A stretch of 64,000 nt of DNA. Origin: Phyllobates terribilis (lineage: Eukaryota). Both the position numbers and the translations under genes were made by a program. The DNA lies in contig NW_027362771.1 in NCBI RefSeq assembly GCF_046119375.1, forward strand, positions 226,424,001-226,488,000, written 5' to 3'. Below, piece by piece: positions 11,201 through 24,885 of the stretch. A model generated the notes under the pieces. That model did no database searches and was not told where the DNA came from. It was given only the letters and a program-made list of their open reading frames with translations. Position 1 is the first letter of the stretch. Every line of letters starts with the position of its first letter.

Positions 11201-12758
11201 CAGGGGTCTCAAACTCGGCTGGGTATATGGGCCGCACATGGAAAAAATTTGAATTTGGGGGGCCGCATTCTTTGTTCAATGTGACATTTTTAGTGATACC
11301 ATTTTTTTTGTATACACCTTTTGAACATTTTTGCCGTGTTTATTTTTTTATGGCTTGGGTCGTTATGGATGTGGCGATAATAAACGTGCACTTTTTTGTG
11401 TTTACTTTAGTTTACATATAAAACAGCATTTTTAGTGCCCAATATTTTTTCATGCTTTATTTTATTTTTTATTTTTTTTACAATTTTATTTCCCCCAATT
11501 GGCCACATACAGTAATATTGTCTTACAATTAGCATCATATAGTAATAATGGAAAACATCTTGTAGTAATGTTCCCCATCCAAGTCCCCATCTTGTACTAA
11601 TGTGCCCCATCCAGGTCCCCATCCTGTGGCAACGTTCCCCATCCTGGCGCCCATCTTGTACTAATGTGCCTCATCCAGGTCCCCATCTTGGGGCTATGTG
11701 CCCCATCCAGGTCCCCATCCTGTGGCAATGTTCCCCATCCAGGTCCCCATCTTGTGGCTCTGGTCCCCATCTTGTGGCTCTGTGCCCCATCCAGGTCCCC
11801 ATCTTGTGGCTCTGTGCCCCATCCAGGTCCCCATCCTGTGGCTATGTGCCCCATCCAGGTCCCCATCCTGTGGCAACGTTCCCCATCCTGGCGCCCATCT
11901 TGTACTAATGTTCCCCATCCAGGTCCCCATCTTGTGGCTCTGTGCCCCATCCAGGTCCCCATCCTGTGGCAATGTTCCCCATCCAGGTCCCCATCTTGTG
12001 GCTATGTGCCCCATCCAGGTCCCCTCTTGTGGCTATGTGCCCCATCCCGGTCCCCATCTTGTGGCTATGTGCCCCATCCAGGTCCCCATCCTGTGGCTCT
12101 GTGCCCCATCCAGGTCCACATCCTGTGGCTATGTGCCCCATCCAGGTCCCCGTCCTGTGGCTATGTGCCCCATCCAGGTCCCCGTCCTGTGGCTATGTGC
12201 CCCATCCAGGTCCCCGTCCTGTGGCTATGTGCCCCATCCAGGTCCCCATCCTGTGGCTATGTGCCCCCTGTGCTGTTCTTCACACACATAAAATAGAAAA
12301 AAAAAAAGATGATTCTCACCTGTCCTCCGTTCCCTCGGCGGCCTTCCTGCAGATGTGGCCCGCAGGCACCACAGAGTCCGACCCCTTGACGATCCCGACC
12401 TGGTCCAGGAGGAGCCGCCGACAGCAGCGCTGCATTGCCGCACAGAGACTGTCTCCCAGCACAGCATTTTCAATGTCAGCCGCCGGCCAATCAGAGGCCA
12501 GCAGCTGACATCTGCATATGGCAATGACGTCATACTCGCTGCGCCGACACGCAGATATCAGCTGCTGGCCTCTGATTGGCCAGCAGCTGGCATTGGAAAT
12601 GCAGTGCTGGGAGACAGTCTCTGTGCGGCAATTCAGCGCTGCTGTCGGCGGCTCCTCCTGGACCAGGTCGGGATCGTCAAGGGGTCTGTGCCTGCGGGCA
12701 GCATAAAGCAGCCTCTGGGGCCGCATGCGGCCCGCGGGCCGCGTGTTTGAGACCCCTG
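11201..12758. mobile_element. hAT-Charlie-type non-autonomous element, 1558 bp, with internal tandem array and hairpin
   Basis: TIR caggggtctcaaac/gtttgagacccctg, 8-bp TSD ccctagag (11193-11200 and 12759-12766). Confidence 0.92.
11573..12267. repeat. About 32-bp minisatellite (gtgccccatccaggtccccatcctgtggctat), roughly 21 units
   Basis: Direct tandem periodicity; explains the repetitive ORFs at 11597-12508. Confidence 0.92.
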
Positions 12759-14206
12759 CCCTAGAGGAAATCCCTTCTACAATGTTTGTGTGGTATGCTG
12801 CTGGTTTTCTGGAGTAACAAATGTTGTACATAATTTCTAAATGGTGGAACCTGTGACGAGTCTCCTGCTACTTTCTAAACCATTCTGTATTTATGTTGCC
12901 TAGTCTTAATGAGTTTATCTTGGAAATATTTCTGTTTAGAATGTCACTTAAAAGAAAATAAGTATAATAGCATAAAACAAAGCAAAAAGCCATGCTTGCG
13001 GGCCATTTTGTTTTATGGTTTTCATCAGCACTGCAGCACATATGGCTTCAAAGATCACCCACTGAGCCAACATCTTACAGGAGAAAATCCTAAAGACAGT
13101 GCAACAGCGTGCGCCCTGCCGAATTATGTGAGACTCTAAAAGGAGTGGGAAATCAAAGTTGGTATTAAAACCTTTCAACTTTGTAAGCACACAATTTTGG
13201 AAAAAAAAACCTCTTGCAACTCACACAGCTTGAACATCAAAATAGAACAGTAAAGGAACACGCTCTTGTGTCAAAACGCTAAACATGTTTTGACAATTTA
13301 CTCTATATGCTCATTTAATACATTTATTGTAGATTTAACTATAAGGGAAAATAACAGGGGTGTATACTGCCCATTGCTAAATTATAAATTTACCAATGTC
13401 AGGATCATTTTTAATGCTCACCAGCATGTTAACCCCTTAGTGACCAGGCCAAATTTGTCACTTTACATGGCAATATCTCTGGAATGTTTCAACACATCCC
13501 AGTGATTCTAGACTGCTTTTCCGTGACAAATTATACTTTATGTTATTGTTGAATTTAGGTTGATATGTATTGCGCTTATTTATGAAAATATCAGAAATTT
13601 GGCACAAATTTAAATAGACTAGCAATTTTCAAACGTGGAATGTTTATACTTTTAATCCAGATAGTCATACTACACAAAATAGTTAAATAACATTTCCCTC
13701 ATGTCTGCTTTACACCAGCACTATTTTGTCAAATGTCTTTTTATTTTGTTAAGCTGTTAAACGGTATAATATTTAGCTCCAATTTTTCAAATTTTTTTAC
13801 TCTTGCTACTCTGTTTTGATGTGACTTTGGGGGACCTACCGTATTTTTCGGACTATAAGACGCACAGGAGCATAAGACGCACCCTAAATTGTGGGGTAGA
13901 AAATTGGAAAAAATATTTTTTATAAGATGGGGGTCAGTCTTCTAGTCCAAATACAGTTAGGTCCATATATATTTGGACAGAGACAACATTTTTCTAATTT
14001 TGGTTCTAGACATTACCACAATGAATTTTAAACAAAACAATTCAGATGCAGTTGAAGTTCAGACTTTCAGCTTTCATTTGAGGGTATCCACATTAAAATT
14101 GGGTGAAGGGTTTAGGAGTTTCAGCTCCTTAACATGTGCCACCCTGTTTTTAAAGGGACCAAAAGTAATTGGACAGATGAAATAATTGTAAATAAAATGT
14201 TCATTT

Positions 14207-16508
14207 CTAGTACTTGGTTGAAAACCCTTTGTTGGCAATGACTGCCTGAAGTCTTGAACTCATGGACATCACCAGACGCTGTGTTTCCTCCTTTTGATGC
14301 TCTGCCAGGCCTTCACTGCGGTGGTTTTCAGTTGCTGTTTGTTTGTGGGCCTTTCTGTCTGAAGTTTAGTCTTTAACCCCTTAAGCCCCGGAGCATTTTC
14401 CGTTTTTGCATTTTCGTTTTTGCTCCCCTTATTCCCAGAGCCATAGCGTTTTTATTTTTTGGTCAATATGGCCATGTGAGGGCTTATTTTTTGTGGGACG
14501 AGTTGTATTTTTCAACGCCATTACTAGTTTTACCATATCCTGTACGGGAAAACGGGAAAAACATTCCAAGTGCGGTAAAATTGCAAAAAAAAGTGCAATA
14601 CCACAGTTGTTTTTTATTTATTTTTTTACCACGTTCACTGAATGCTAAAACTGACCTGCCCTTCTTATTTTACAGGTCATTACGAGTTCATAGAAACCAA
14701 ACATATATAGGTTCTTTTATATTTAAGTGGTGAAAAAAAATTCCAAAATTTGGTAAAAAAAAATAAATAAAAAAAATAGCGCAATTTTCTAAGACCCGTA
14801 GCGTCTCCATTTTTCGTGATCTGGGGCTGGTTGATGGCTTATTTTTTGCGCACCGGGCTGACATTTTTATTGATAACATTTGGGGTAGATCCGATGTTTT
14901 GATCGCATTTTATTGCAATTTTGCGGCGACCAAAAAACGTAATTCTGGCGTTTAGAATTTTTTTCTCGTTACGCTGTTTACCGATCGGATTAATTCTTTT
15001 TTTATATTGATAGATCGGGCGATTCTGAACGCGGCGATACCAAATATGTGTATGTGGGGTTTATTTTTTATTATTTTATTTTGAATGGGGCAAAAGGGGG
15101 GTGATTTAAACTTTTATATTTTTTAATATTTTTAAAAACTTTTTTTTTACTTTTTGCATGCTTCAATAGTCTCCATAGGAGACTAGAAGCAGCAACTATC
15201 CGATCGCCTCTGCTACATACAGGGGACGAGCAGGTCCCCTGCATGCAGCAGAAATGGTCCTGTGCTATGGGCGCCGACCACTAGGTGGCGCTCATAGCGA
15301 CAAGATCATGACAACCACAGGCGTCTGCTGCAGACCCTGGGTTGTCATGCCCACCCATCGGCGACCCGCGATCACGTGACGGGGTCGCCGGTGGGTGGGG
15401 CTTATGACGCGCTACCCAGAAGCGCGCGTTAAATGTTGCTGTCAGAGATTGACAGCGGCATTTAACATGTTAACAGCCGCGGGTGGATCGCGATTCCACC
15501 CGCAGCTGTTGCGGGCACATGTCAGCTGTAAGAATCAGCTGACATGTGCTCCGTTCAGTGAGGGCTCAGCGCAGCAGCCCTCACTGAACGGGCAGTACGC
15601 AAATATGCGTACTAATACGTCCCCGGTATTTAAGGGGTTAACAAGTGAAATGCATGCTCAATTGGGTTGAGATCAGGTGACTGACTTGGCCATTCAAGAA
15701 TATTCCACTTCTTTGCTTTAATAAACTCCTGGGTTGCTTTGGCTTTATATTTTGGGTCATTGTCCATCTGTAGTATGAAACGACGACCAATCAGTTTGGC
15801 TGCATTTGGCTGGATCTGAGCACACAGTATGGCTCTGAATACTTCAGAATTCATTCGGCTGCTTCTGTCCTGTGTCACATAATCAATACACACTAGTGAC
15901 CCAGTGCCACTGGCAGCCATGCATGCCCAAGCCATCACACTGCCTCCGCAGTGTTTTACAGATGATGTGGTATGCTTTGGATCATGAGCTGTACCACGCC
16001 TTTGCCATACTTTTCTCTTTTCATCATTCTGGTAGAGGTTGATCTTGGTTTCATCTGTCCAAAGAATGTTCTTCCAGAACTGTGCTGGAGTTTTTAGATG
16101 TTTTTTAGCAAAGTCCAGTCTAGCCTTTTTATTCTTGATGCTTATGAGTGGCTTGCACCGTGCAGTGAACCCTCTGTAGTTACTTTCATGCAGTCTTCTC
16201 TTTATGGTAGATTTGGATATTGATGCGCCTACCTCCTGGAGAGTGTTGTTCACTTGGTTGGCTGTTGTGAAGGGGTTTCTCTTCACCATGGAGATTATTC
16301 TGCGATCATCCACCACTGTTGTCTTCCGTGGGCGCCCAGGTCTTTTTGCATTGATGATTTCACCAGTGCTTTCTTTCTTTCTCAGGATGTACCAAACTAT
16401 AGATTTTGCCACTCCTAATATTGTAGCAATTTCTCGGATGGGTTTTCTCTGTTTTTGCAGCTTAAGGATGGCTTGTTTCACCTGCATGGAGAGCTCCTTT
16501 GACAGCAT
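14207..16508 (-). pseudogene. Tc1 transposase split at codon LL|K by a 1261-bp insertion
   Basis: MLSKELS..GRPRKT..WTDETK..QMDNDPK..WPSQSPDLNPIE (34 residues between D and E). The C-terminus KTKLQTERPTNKQQLK..LQAVIANKGFSTKY* resumes at 14376-14207 with one frameshift. Confidence 0.93.
14377..15637 (+). mobile_element. Non-autonomous TTAA-target (piggyBac-like) element, 1261 bp
   Basis: TTAA|ccccttaa...ttaagggg|TTAA; the duplicated TTAA sits inside the Tc1 coding sequence. Confidence 0.88.
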
Positions 16509-17400
16509 GTTTACTTCACACCAAAACCTTCCAAATGCAAGCACCACACCTCAAATCAACTCCAGGCCTTTTATCTGCTTAATTGAGAATGACATAATGA
16601 AGGGATTGCCCACACTTGTCCATGAAATAGCCTTGGAGTCAATTGTCCAATTACTTTTGGTCCCTTTAAAAACAGGGTGGCACATGTTAAGGAGCTGAAA
16701 CTCCTAAACCCTTCATACAATTTTAATGTGGATACCCTCAAATGAAAGCTGAAAGTCTGAACTTCAACTGCATCTGAATAGTGCTTGTTCTCTTTGTTTC
16801 CTCTTATAGCGTTGGTGGTTTTAGGAGCTATTGATCGAATGCATTGGCTAAGATCATTCATAGTCCTCTATATGACTTCATGATCTCCTTGTAATGCTGG
16901 TGCCCATCCACACACACACACCTTGAAGTGTGAATGCACCTATTTAATTAGCATTTTTTATAAGGGGGGCATATACAGCGATTAAGGAGAGGTGTGACTG
17001 AACTCTCGATGCGCAACGTTTTTAAAGCACTGCTTATAAGCACGACTCTATGATTAAGTAACAACATACTACCTCAAATTTGGAACAAAGATCAAGTTTA
17101 ACTGTTCCAATTATGAACTGTGATTAACTTTAATTGCCTCTATCCGGTAAACACGCCAATTGGGGCCAATTTTACATATAAATAAATTATTTACCCTTTC
17201 AATAGTCTTGTCTGTTCTCTTAATAAGCTAAAGCACAAATAATATGTATTAGTTCGAATTTCCATTCCTGGACAAATTTGTGGTTATTGTTCTATTTGCT
17301 GCTAGCTTACAACACAGATACAAGCGAAACCATTTTTTATACATTTACATGGTAAATTTGATTTATTAACCATTTTGTTTGATATAACTATCTGATTTAA

Positions 17401-17946
17401 AGTGAATCTGTCACCCCTTGGGAGATATCAGACCTCTACTATGGGCATACAGGTTATAGAAAAGTAAATCTATACTTACCTGTATGGCCATAGTAGAGGT
17501 CTGATTGCTGAGAAAAGTGTTTTTATCAACTCGGTCTTGCACATACTTGGCGTCTCCCGGATGCCAAGATATCCCCGCCTATCTTCTTAGTAATCCCCGC
17601 TTATGTTTTTAGTTAGCATATTGCCCCCTCCCCTGCACGTCACAGGGCCCTGTGATGTGCACTGTTCTCCCTCAGCTTCTGCGCATGCGCAAAGCGCCTC
17701 TCACATAGAGTGCGCTTTGTTCCCTCCCGGCCACCTTTGTCTGCGCAATGCGCCGCAGGGTTCTATTGTACAGGCGCCGAGGAGTCACTGTGAAACCAAG
17801 CCTGTGCAAAACAGAGTTAATAAAAACACATTTCTCTGCAATCAAACCTCTACTATGGGCCATACAGGTATGTATACATTTACTTTTCTATACCCTGTTT
17901 GCCCATATTAGAGGTCTGATATCTCCCAGGGGGTGACACATTCCCT
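17401..17946. mobile_element. T2/Kolobok-like MITE with long TIRs
   Basis: TTAA|agtgaatctgtcacccc..gagatatcagacctct / agaggtctgatatctc..ggggtgacacattccct|TTAA. Confidence 0.85.
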
Positions 17947-18383
17947 TTAAGGGCATAAAAATAAAAAGTTTGAAAATTGAAACATTTTCGCCAAGCTTCC
18001 GATATTTTCACAGATAAATGCAAAAAATATCAACCTAAATTTACCACTAACATGAAATACAATTTGTCATGAAAAAAACAAACTCAGAATCACTGGGATA
18101 CGTTGAAGCGTTCCAGAGTTATTGCCTCATAAAGTGATACTGGTCAGGAATGGAAAATTTGGCCCAGTCAGGAAGGTGAAAATAGGCTTTGAGGTGAAGG
18201 AGACAAACATGATGTCCCCTGGAAGACTTGGACCCAGTTTATTTTTTTAATCTTTAGATTTCAAATATCACAAAATACTATTATATGTGTAATGCTCTAC
18301 AGAAGTTAGGGTAGATAACCAAGCTGCTGATTGTAGAGACAAAATAAAACATGGGGAAAAAAAAGTGCAGAAACATACATTAC

Positions 18384-18674
18384 CTTAAGGAGATACGAGG
18401 CTTTATCAAACTCAGCTTTTGCAACAAGCTGACAGATCAAATCGAAATATTGACCAGGCTGTACATCTGATAACTTCCGTCTTGAGCTAGAAAACTGCTG
18501 CAGTCCCATCTGCCAATGGCGTAAGATTTCTATGATTTTCTGGTCTTCTGTAGTAAAGCTATAACGCTCACTAGAAGTCCTTGGAACGAGTGGACCGTCA
18601 ACCGTACCTTCAAATACCAACGCTGAGAAACCACTACTACTAATACCTTGAAATTCATTGTTAAACTTTTGGAT
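18384..18674 (-). CDS. POT1: POT1 coding exon (291 nt, phase 0/0; end of OB1, start of OB2)
   Basis: ttttag|IQKFNNEFQGISSSGFSALVFEGTVDGPLVPRTSS..DVQPGQYFDLICQLVAKAEFDKASYLLK|gtaatg; matches human [42 protein letters not shown]. Confidence 0.98.
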
Positions 18675-19850
18675 CTAAAAGGAAAAAAAAATAAAAACTA
18701 TTCCAAAATTGTGCTTATTTGGTCAACGAGACAGATCATACAACCTATATCAATGTTGGGTAACAGCAATACTGTGTTCCAGGACAACCATTATACATTA
18801 ATATTGCAAGTTTCCAATAATGGAAGATTTTTTCTTGTCCTAACTTCATACCATCATCGTTCTTGCCATGCCAGGAGGAGTGCATGGATGAGGCTATGTG
18901 AAGCTCCCTGCTGGAAATCCCTATTTACCTGAAAACGTTGAGCCACTTAAGGAATTACCATACTTGAAAATGGGATTTAGACGTGCAGAACCATTATACC
19001 ATATTTAATTTGTACTAAGAGGGTATGTCTATACATAGTAGTTCCACTGGATTTTCTATCCAGAGTTGAGGGCAGAAAATTAGCAGTGGACTACGGTGGC
19101 AGCAAAGTAGATACCACTTCAATCGTCTGGATTTTCACCACCAATTTCACCCTTTGAATGAAATCTGTGTCAAATCCACAACATAATCCTCATGTGAAAT
19201 ATGCAGATTTTGCACCAGATTTACAAGGACTCTATGGTGAAATCCCCAACATCTTTCCTCTGTCCAAAGATACATGCAGAAGTACCCCAAGAGAGTAATG
19301 TGCATGCAATAGGCACACACTGCTGTGAGTTTTATATTGTACAGTATCAGGTGTCTGAATTATTTACCTGGATGCTGATGCTATAATCCTAAATGCCTTA
19401 TGGTCCCAGAAAGCAATTTCTATCATTTTTGATTTTGCATACACTGTCACTTTTTACTGTACTGTACATGCAGAAGACACAGTACAGAATCAATGCAGCA
19501 GTGCCTATATACTACATGGAACTGTATTAAGGTTACTATGGTACTGAATTATGCTAAATCTAATTTGCCATTTTACTAATGTTTAGCTTACAAATAACAA
19601 TTCATGAGAAACTTTGGGAGAGTATGGGTAAAGGGGAAGAACTGTCTACTATATACCTGGTTTAAATTCTGCAAAGTTGGGCATATTCACCCTGCGGGAA
19701 TTGTTCCTGGACATAAGTGTGCACTGTGCTCAAGAACGATGTCAAAGAGCATGCCAAAACTCTAACCCTTCTTTCCTCCCAAATTTGCTGGTTGCACTGT
19801 ATTTATAGTATACAGATATGAAAGACTTTTACATGGACTCAATAGCATAC

Positions 19851-19981
19851 CTTCATTCTATGAAATCGAACAATATCACCAATTTTATAAATTTTCGGAA
19901 GAGAAGCTTGACTTCCGCTGAAAAATGTGCACTTCAGCTTCACATTGGACTGGTCCACAATTGTAATAATAGAACAATAGT
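19851..19981 (-). CDS. POT1: POT1 coding exon (131 nt, phase 1/0; OB1)
   Basis: ttgcag|(D)[43 protein letters not shown]|gtatgc; human [33 protein letters not shown]. Not in the ORF track. Confidence 0.97.
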
Positions 19982-20435
19982 CTGCAATAAAAAAAAGAAT
20001 GCCAAGTCATCTTGCTACTTAACTATGCTGTAATCAGAACATTCAGGCTCTGGACACATATTCCAAAGATTACATTTCTGTAAAGGTTCGTGCAGACGAC
20101 CGTATTTTCGGTCTATGTGCGATCGAAAAAAAACATTGGATCGCATTCACACCAATGTTATTCTATGGGGACGTGCACATTTTCCTGTGACACATTCTGT
20201 TTGAGGGAAAAAAATACATCACGGCATGCACGATTTGCATTCGATAGTCGGCTAGCACTCGGCCATGCAAGTCAATGAGTCTGTGGGAAGAAAATAAAAA
20301 ACACACTCGGATGACATTTTAATAGATTGATGGTCAATTTTTTGGTCAATATGGCCGTCTGAGGGCTTATTTTTTGCGGGATGAGTTGTACTTTTGAACG
20401 ACATTACTGGTTTTACCATATCGTGTATGGGAAAA

Positions 20436-21616
20436 AGCTCCGGCGGTGAGCCCACACTGAACCGGGCACATGTCAGCTGATCCTTACAGCTGACATGTGC
20501 CTGCAACAGCCGCGGGTGGAATCGCGATCCACCCGCGGCTGTTAACTAGTTAAATGCCGCTGTCAATCTCTGACAACGGCATTTAACATCGCTGCGCCGG
20601 AAGCGCGTCACTTACCCCGCCCATCGGTGACCCCGTCACGTGATCGCGGGTCACTGATGGGTGGGCATGACAACCCTAGGTCTGCAGCAGACCCCAGTGG
20701 TTGTCATGTTCTGATCGCTATGAGCGCCACCTAGTGGTCGGCGCTCATAGCACTGGAGCATTTCTGCTACATAGAGGTGATCTGCTCATCAACCCTATGT
20801 AGCAGAGGCGATCAGACAAGTGCTGCTTCTAGTTTCCTATGGAGACTATAGAAGCATGCAAAAAGTGAAAAAAAAATGTTTTTAAAAATATGAAAGTTTA
20901 AATCACCCCCCTTTCGCCCCATTCAAAATAAAATAATAAAAAAAAAAAACATACACATATTTGGTATCGCCGCGTTCAGAATCGCCCGATCTATCAATAT
21001 AAAAAAAGAATTAATCCAATCGGTAAACAGCGTGACAAGAAAAAAATTCTAAACGCCAGAATTACGTTTTTTAGGTCGCCGCAACATTGCAATAAAATGG
21101 GCGATCAAAACATCGGATCTACCCCAAAATGGTATCAATAAAAACTTCAGCTCGGCGCGCAAAAAATAAGCCCTCACACGGCCCCAGATCCCGAAAAATG
21201 GAGACACTAAGGGTCTTGGAAAATGGCGCCTTTTTTTAGCAAAATTTGGAATTTTTTTTCACCACTTAAATAAAAAACAACCTATACAGGTTTGGTGTCT
21301 ACGAACTCGAAATGACCTGGAGAATAATAATGGCAGTTCAGTTTTAGCATTCAGTGAACGTAGTAAAAAAAACAAAAAAAAAACATCTGTGGTATTGTAC
21401 TTTTTTTGCAATTTCACCGCACTTGGAATTTTTTTCCTGTTTTCCCGTACACGATATGGTAAAACTAGTAATGGCGTTGAAAAGTACAACTCGTCCCGCA
21501 AAAAATAAGCCCTCACACGGCCATATTGACCAAAAAATAAAAACGCTATGGCTCTGGGAACAAGGGGAGTGAAAAATGAAAATGCAAAAACGGAAAATCC
21601 CAGGGTTGCAAAGGGG
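20436..21616 (-). mobile_element. Second copy of the TTAA non-autonomous element, inverted relative to 14377-15637, one end lost
   Basis: The reverse complement of 21530-21616 matches 14377-14470; ends aaagggg|TTAA. Confidence 0.85.
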
Positions 21617-24532
21617 TTAAAGAGTCACTTTACCTTTAATTTTTAATAATAATGAGGTAGAGCAAATGATTTTAATAATCTTTCAAATATACCTTATAAA
21701 TGAAATCCGAAAGAAAACCTTCTAGATATCCCTATATGTTGCTTCTGAAGCAAATCGTATTCAGTTCCACAGATACTGAATACGGCTTTCTAAGGGTGGG
21801 GGCAGAGCCTGAACAGTGTGCGCGCTCCTGGCTGGATCCCATGCACTGTATGTCAGTGCATCAGCAGGTTACCTCAGTCTTCAGCACAGTGCAGTAAAAA
21901 TAAAAAAAAAGAGTTACGCTTTAAGTTCACCTTCCCACCTACTTGTTTTCCCTCCATCTCTCCCTCTTCTTTGATTGACAGGTCTGGCTTCATAGAGCCA
22001 GAGAAGGAGGGTGACAGTAAACTAGCAGGCATGAAGGTGTAGTTAAATGATTGGCCCCGCCATGATGCACCGAGCGCCTGTACTTGAACGGTCATTCTGT
22101 GCTGACGAAGGGAACCTGCCATGTCCAATAACACCATTACTCTGCCTTTTTAGCACTGATGCAGTACTGAGTGAGCTGTCAGTCATTGCCGGGGTGTTCT
22201 TACAGCTGCTGCTTTCAGTTCTGTGAGCGATGACTGTAATTGATTTGGGCACACCGGCATGACGGAAAGCTACCAGCTCCCTGGAGAAACAAAGTTCATT
22301 TTTTCCCCGGTGCCACACTTTTAGTACAGCGGCCAGGCACCTTCATAACGCTTTTAACACCATATCTGGAGGTTAGTAGCATTATTGGACCTGACTGGTT
22401 CCCTTTAAAGCATTAATACACTGCTTATACTTAATCTTTTCTCATTAAACTATATCTCAATCTGCTCCGCTGCCCCTGCTCTGTAACAAGATGCCTGCAG
22501 ATTGGACAGTACTTTCATGGTGAAGGGTTTTTTCTACCTAGAAGCCTAACAGGCTGCTTTCATCCTGGTTTGGAAATTATTTGACAGAGGTTCATGTGTT
22601 ACAGCTTCTATGACTGAGGCAAGAACTTGCAATAATAGCCAACCATGTTTGCGGCAATGGAGAGAGGTTATTGGCCTTCTGATGGCATGCAAAAACCTTC
22701 TTTTCTTGTTCTTTTCAGTCCCTATTTGGTCAATCTTCTCCATGTTATTCCCACAGCTGTGCCCTTTTTTTTATCACTTTATGAGGAGCAAGCAATACTG
22801 AGTGCCTGAATGCTGACATGCTGCCTGCTAAGCAATGCAAGCTCTTGTCACTTTAAAGAAACACTCCCGCTAATTGTATTCCTTATACCTGTGTAACTGC
22901 TCGTGTAATGTATGGTGTGTGAATATAATCACCAATCGCCATCTTCTCCGGCATCCAGCTCCGTTGCACTCCACACTGCGCTCTACAGCCCCAAATTATC
23001 AAGACCAACGGATGTTCACACCAGTCTCGATGAGGGTTCGTGCTGGAGTCAGACGCTCCCGATTCATTAAGAGCTGCACGCCTCCTAATGAATCTGGCGT
23101 TTCTGAAAAGTGGCGTGCGCCACAAATCTTATTCCAGTTGGGGATTAGAGTAAGATTTGTGGCTTAATGAATGTCGCCGCTTGTCATGAATTTGACAAGC
23201 AGGGTTTGCCACGTCTCATCATCCCCCGTCCCACCCAGTTTGTGGGCGAACATGGCGTGAAAATGCCACACTTCTATGTGACTGAAGACATTTGACTCCT
23301 CACAGCGCACGCACTGCACACTATCAGGATTCTCCGATGCATACTTCAGACCACATTACAACTAGACATGAGCGGCCTCGCCCAATACAAGTGAATTGAA
23401 TGAAGCTGTGCACATTTAGTTGCCACTTGACCACATGTAAGCAAATCGCATATTTGCAGTCATGTGACCACCCACTTTTGCCGCCGACACCGGAAAGTCC
23501 TGACAGCGTGCGTTGCGCATTGAGTAATCCTGGAGAACTCTTTTAATGTAAAAGAGGGTAAGACTTGTGTGTTTTATATACTCAAATTTACATCCCCCAC
23601 TACAAATTTTCTAACAGCAAGAAAAAAAAATCCTTAGATTCTTCCCTTATGATTTTTTTTTTCTTTTAATATTGGAAATTGCTTGTGCAGTTCCAGCATT
23701 CTCACTAGTTAGAAGAGATGGAACTGCATTCTACCCATTTATGAACAAGGGGCAGGAGGAAATGACCCAGTAATGGACAATAGATCACACCATCTTCAGA
23801 CCAAGATGAAAGATATGGCCAGAGAAGTTTAGAGAGAAGAAAATTCACTGACTGGCTTACATCTCAATAAATAGAGAATATCCTACAGACGTATAAATGG
23901 AGCACCTAACATAATATGAAGCTTTTCATTCTATAGTCTATCCGGTCTACATAAATTCATACTGCTCTAAGTATACTAAAATGTACGTATAAGGATCATT
24001 TATTTATGTTCCTGCAAAGCTCTCATTATTTTGTAGCTTCAAGGGAAAGCTAGGTAATTTGGAATATTTAATTAGTTTTGCATTATTACTTGGTCCTTTA
24101 TTGAAAATGTATTATTAAGCAAAATTCTGTCTAACAAGACTCTTCTTGGAAGTAAAGATTATCTAATATGGAGCAGAGAGGGTTGTTTTCTCAGTGGAAG
24201 GCAAATGAAGAATCTATGGTAGGACATGTGCGCACGATACGAATTTGAAGCAGAAATTTCCTGAGCGTTTTTACATCTCCCTTGCAGAACAAAAACGCAT
24301 GCGGATTTTACATGCATTTTTGACAATTTTATTTCATGTTTTTTTTAAGCGTTTTTGTACATCAATGAATGCTTTGATGAACTAAATAAAAGTTATGTGG
24401 TGGGACACTGCTTAAACCCTTGGATTACCATAGAACTTGGGTGAGTATATTGGTTAATTTAAATGATTGTGTCTGAATGTGTTTGTCGTATTTCAAATAA
24501 AGTGTTTGCTCTGTGTCTGTGCGTTTACTTAA

Positions 24533-24885
24533 AGGGGTATTCCCATCTCCAAGATCCTATCCCAATATGTAATAGGTGTAATAATAATAACATTAGCAAA
24601 TACCTACAATTAGAAATGTAGTATAGCATTTTTGATTTGCTATGTCTTTTTCCTCATGTGCGGGCATTGCAGGACCTTAGGTATCGTCCACTGATAAAGT
24701 GGCAGTTAGTCAGCTAGCTGCTAGTGGTCGTAACTGTGGATACCTAAGGTCCTGTATTGCCTACACACGAGGCAAGTGGCAAAGCGAATCAAAAATACTA
24801 TACTACATTTCTAATTGTAGGCATTTGCTAATATTATTACACCTAATACATATTGGGATAGGATCTTGGAGATGGGAATACCCCT
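24533..24885. mobile_element. T2-like MITE
   Basis: TTAA|aggggtattcccatctccaagatcctatcccaatatg ... catattgggataggatcttggagatgggaatacccct|TTAA, perfect TIRs. Confidence 0.9.

Larger units (their letters stand above)
13954..16780 (-). mobile_element. Tc1-family (DD34E) transposon, interrupted by a TTAA element and truncated in one inverted repeat
   Basis: Starts TA|cagttaggtcc. The inverted repeat 14042-14175 is mirrored at about 16645-16780. Transposase is on the minus strand. Confidence 0.93.

Noticed and set aside
11597-12508. Repetitive Gly/Trp/Pro/Cys ORFs (also 33467-34622, 28537-30446, 39185-39855)
   Set aside because: Translations of minisatellites in multiple overlapping frames.
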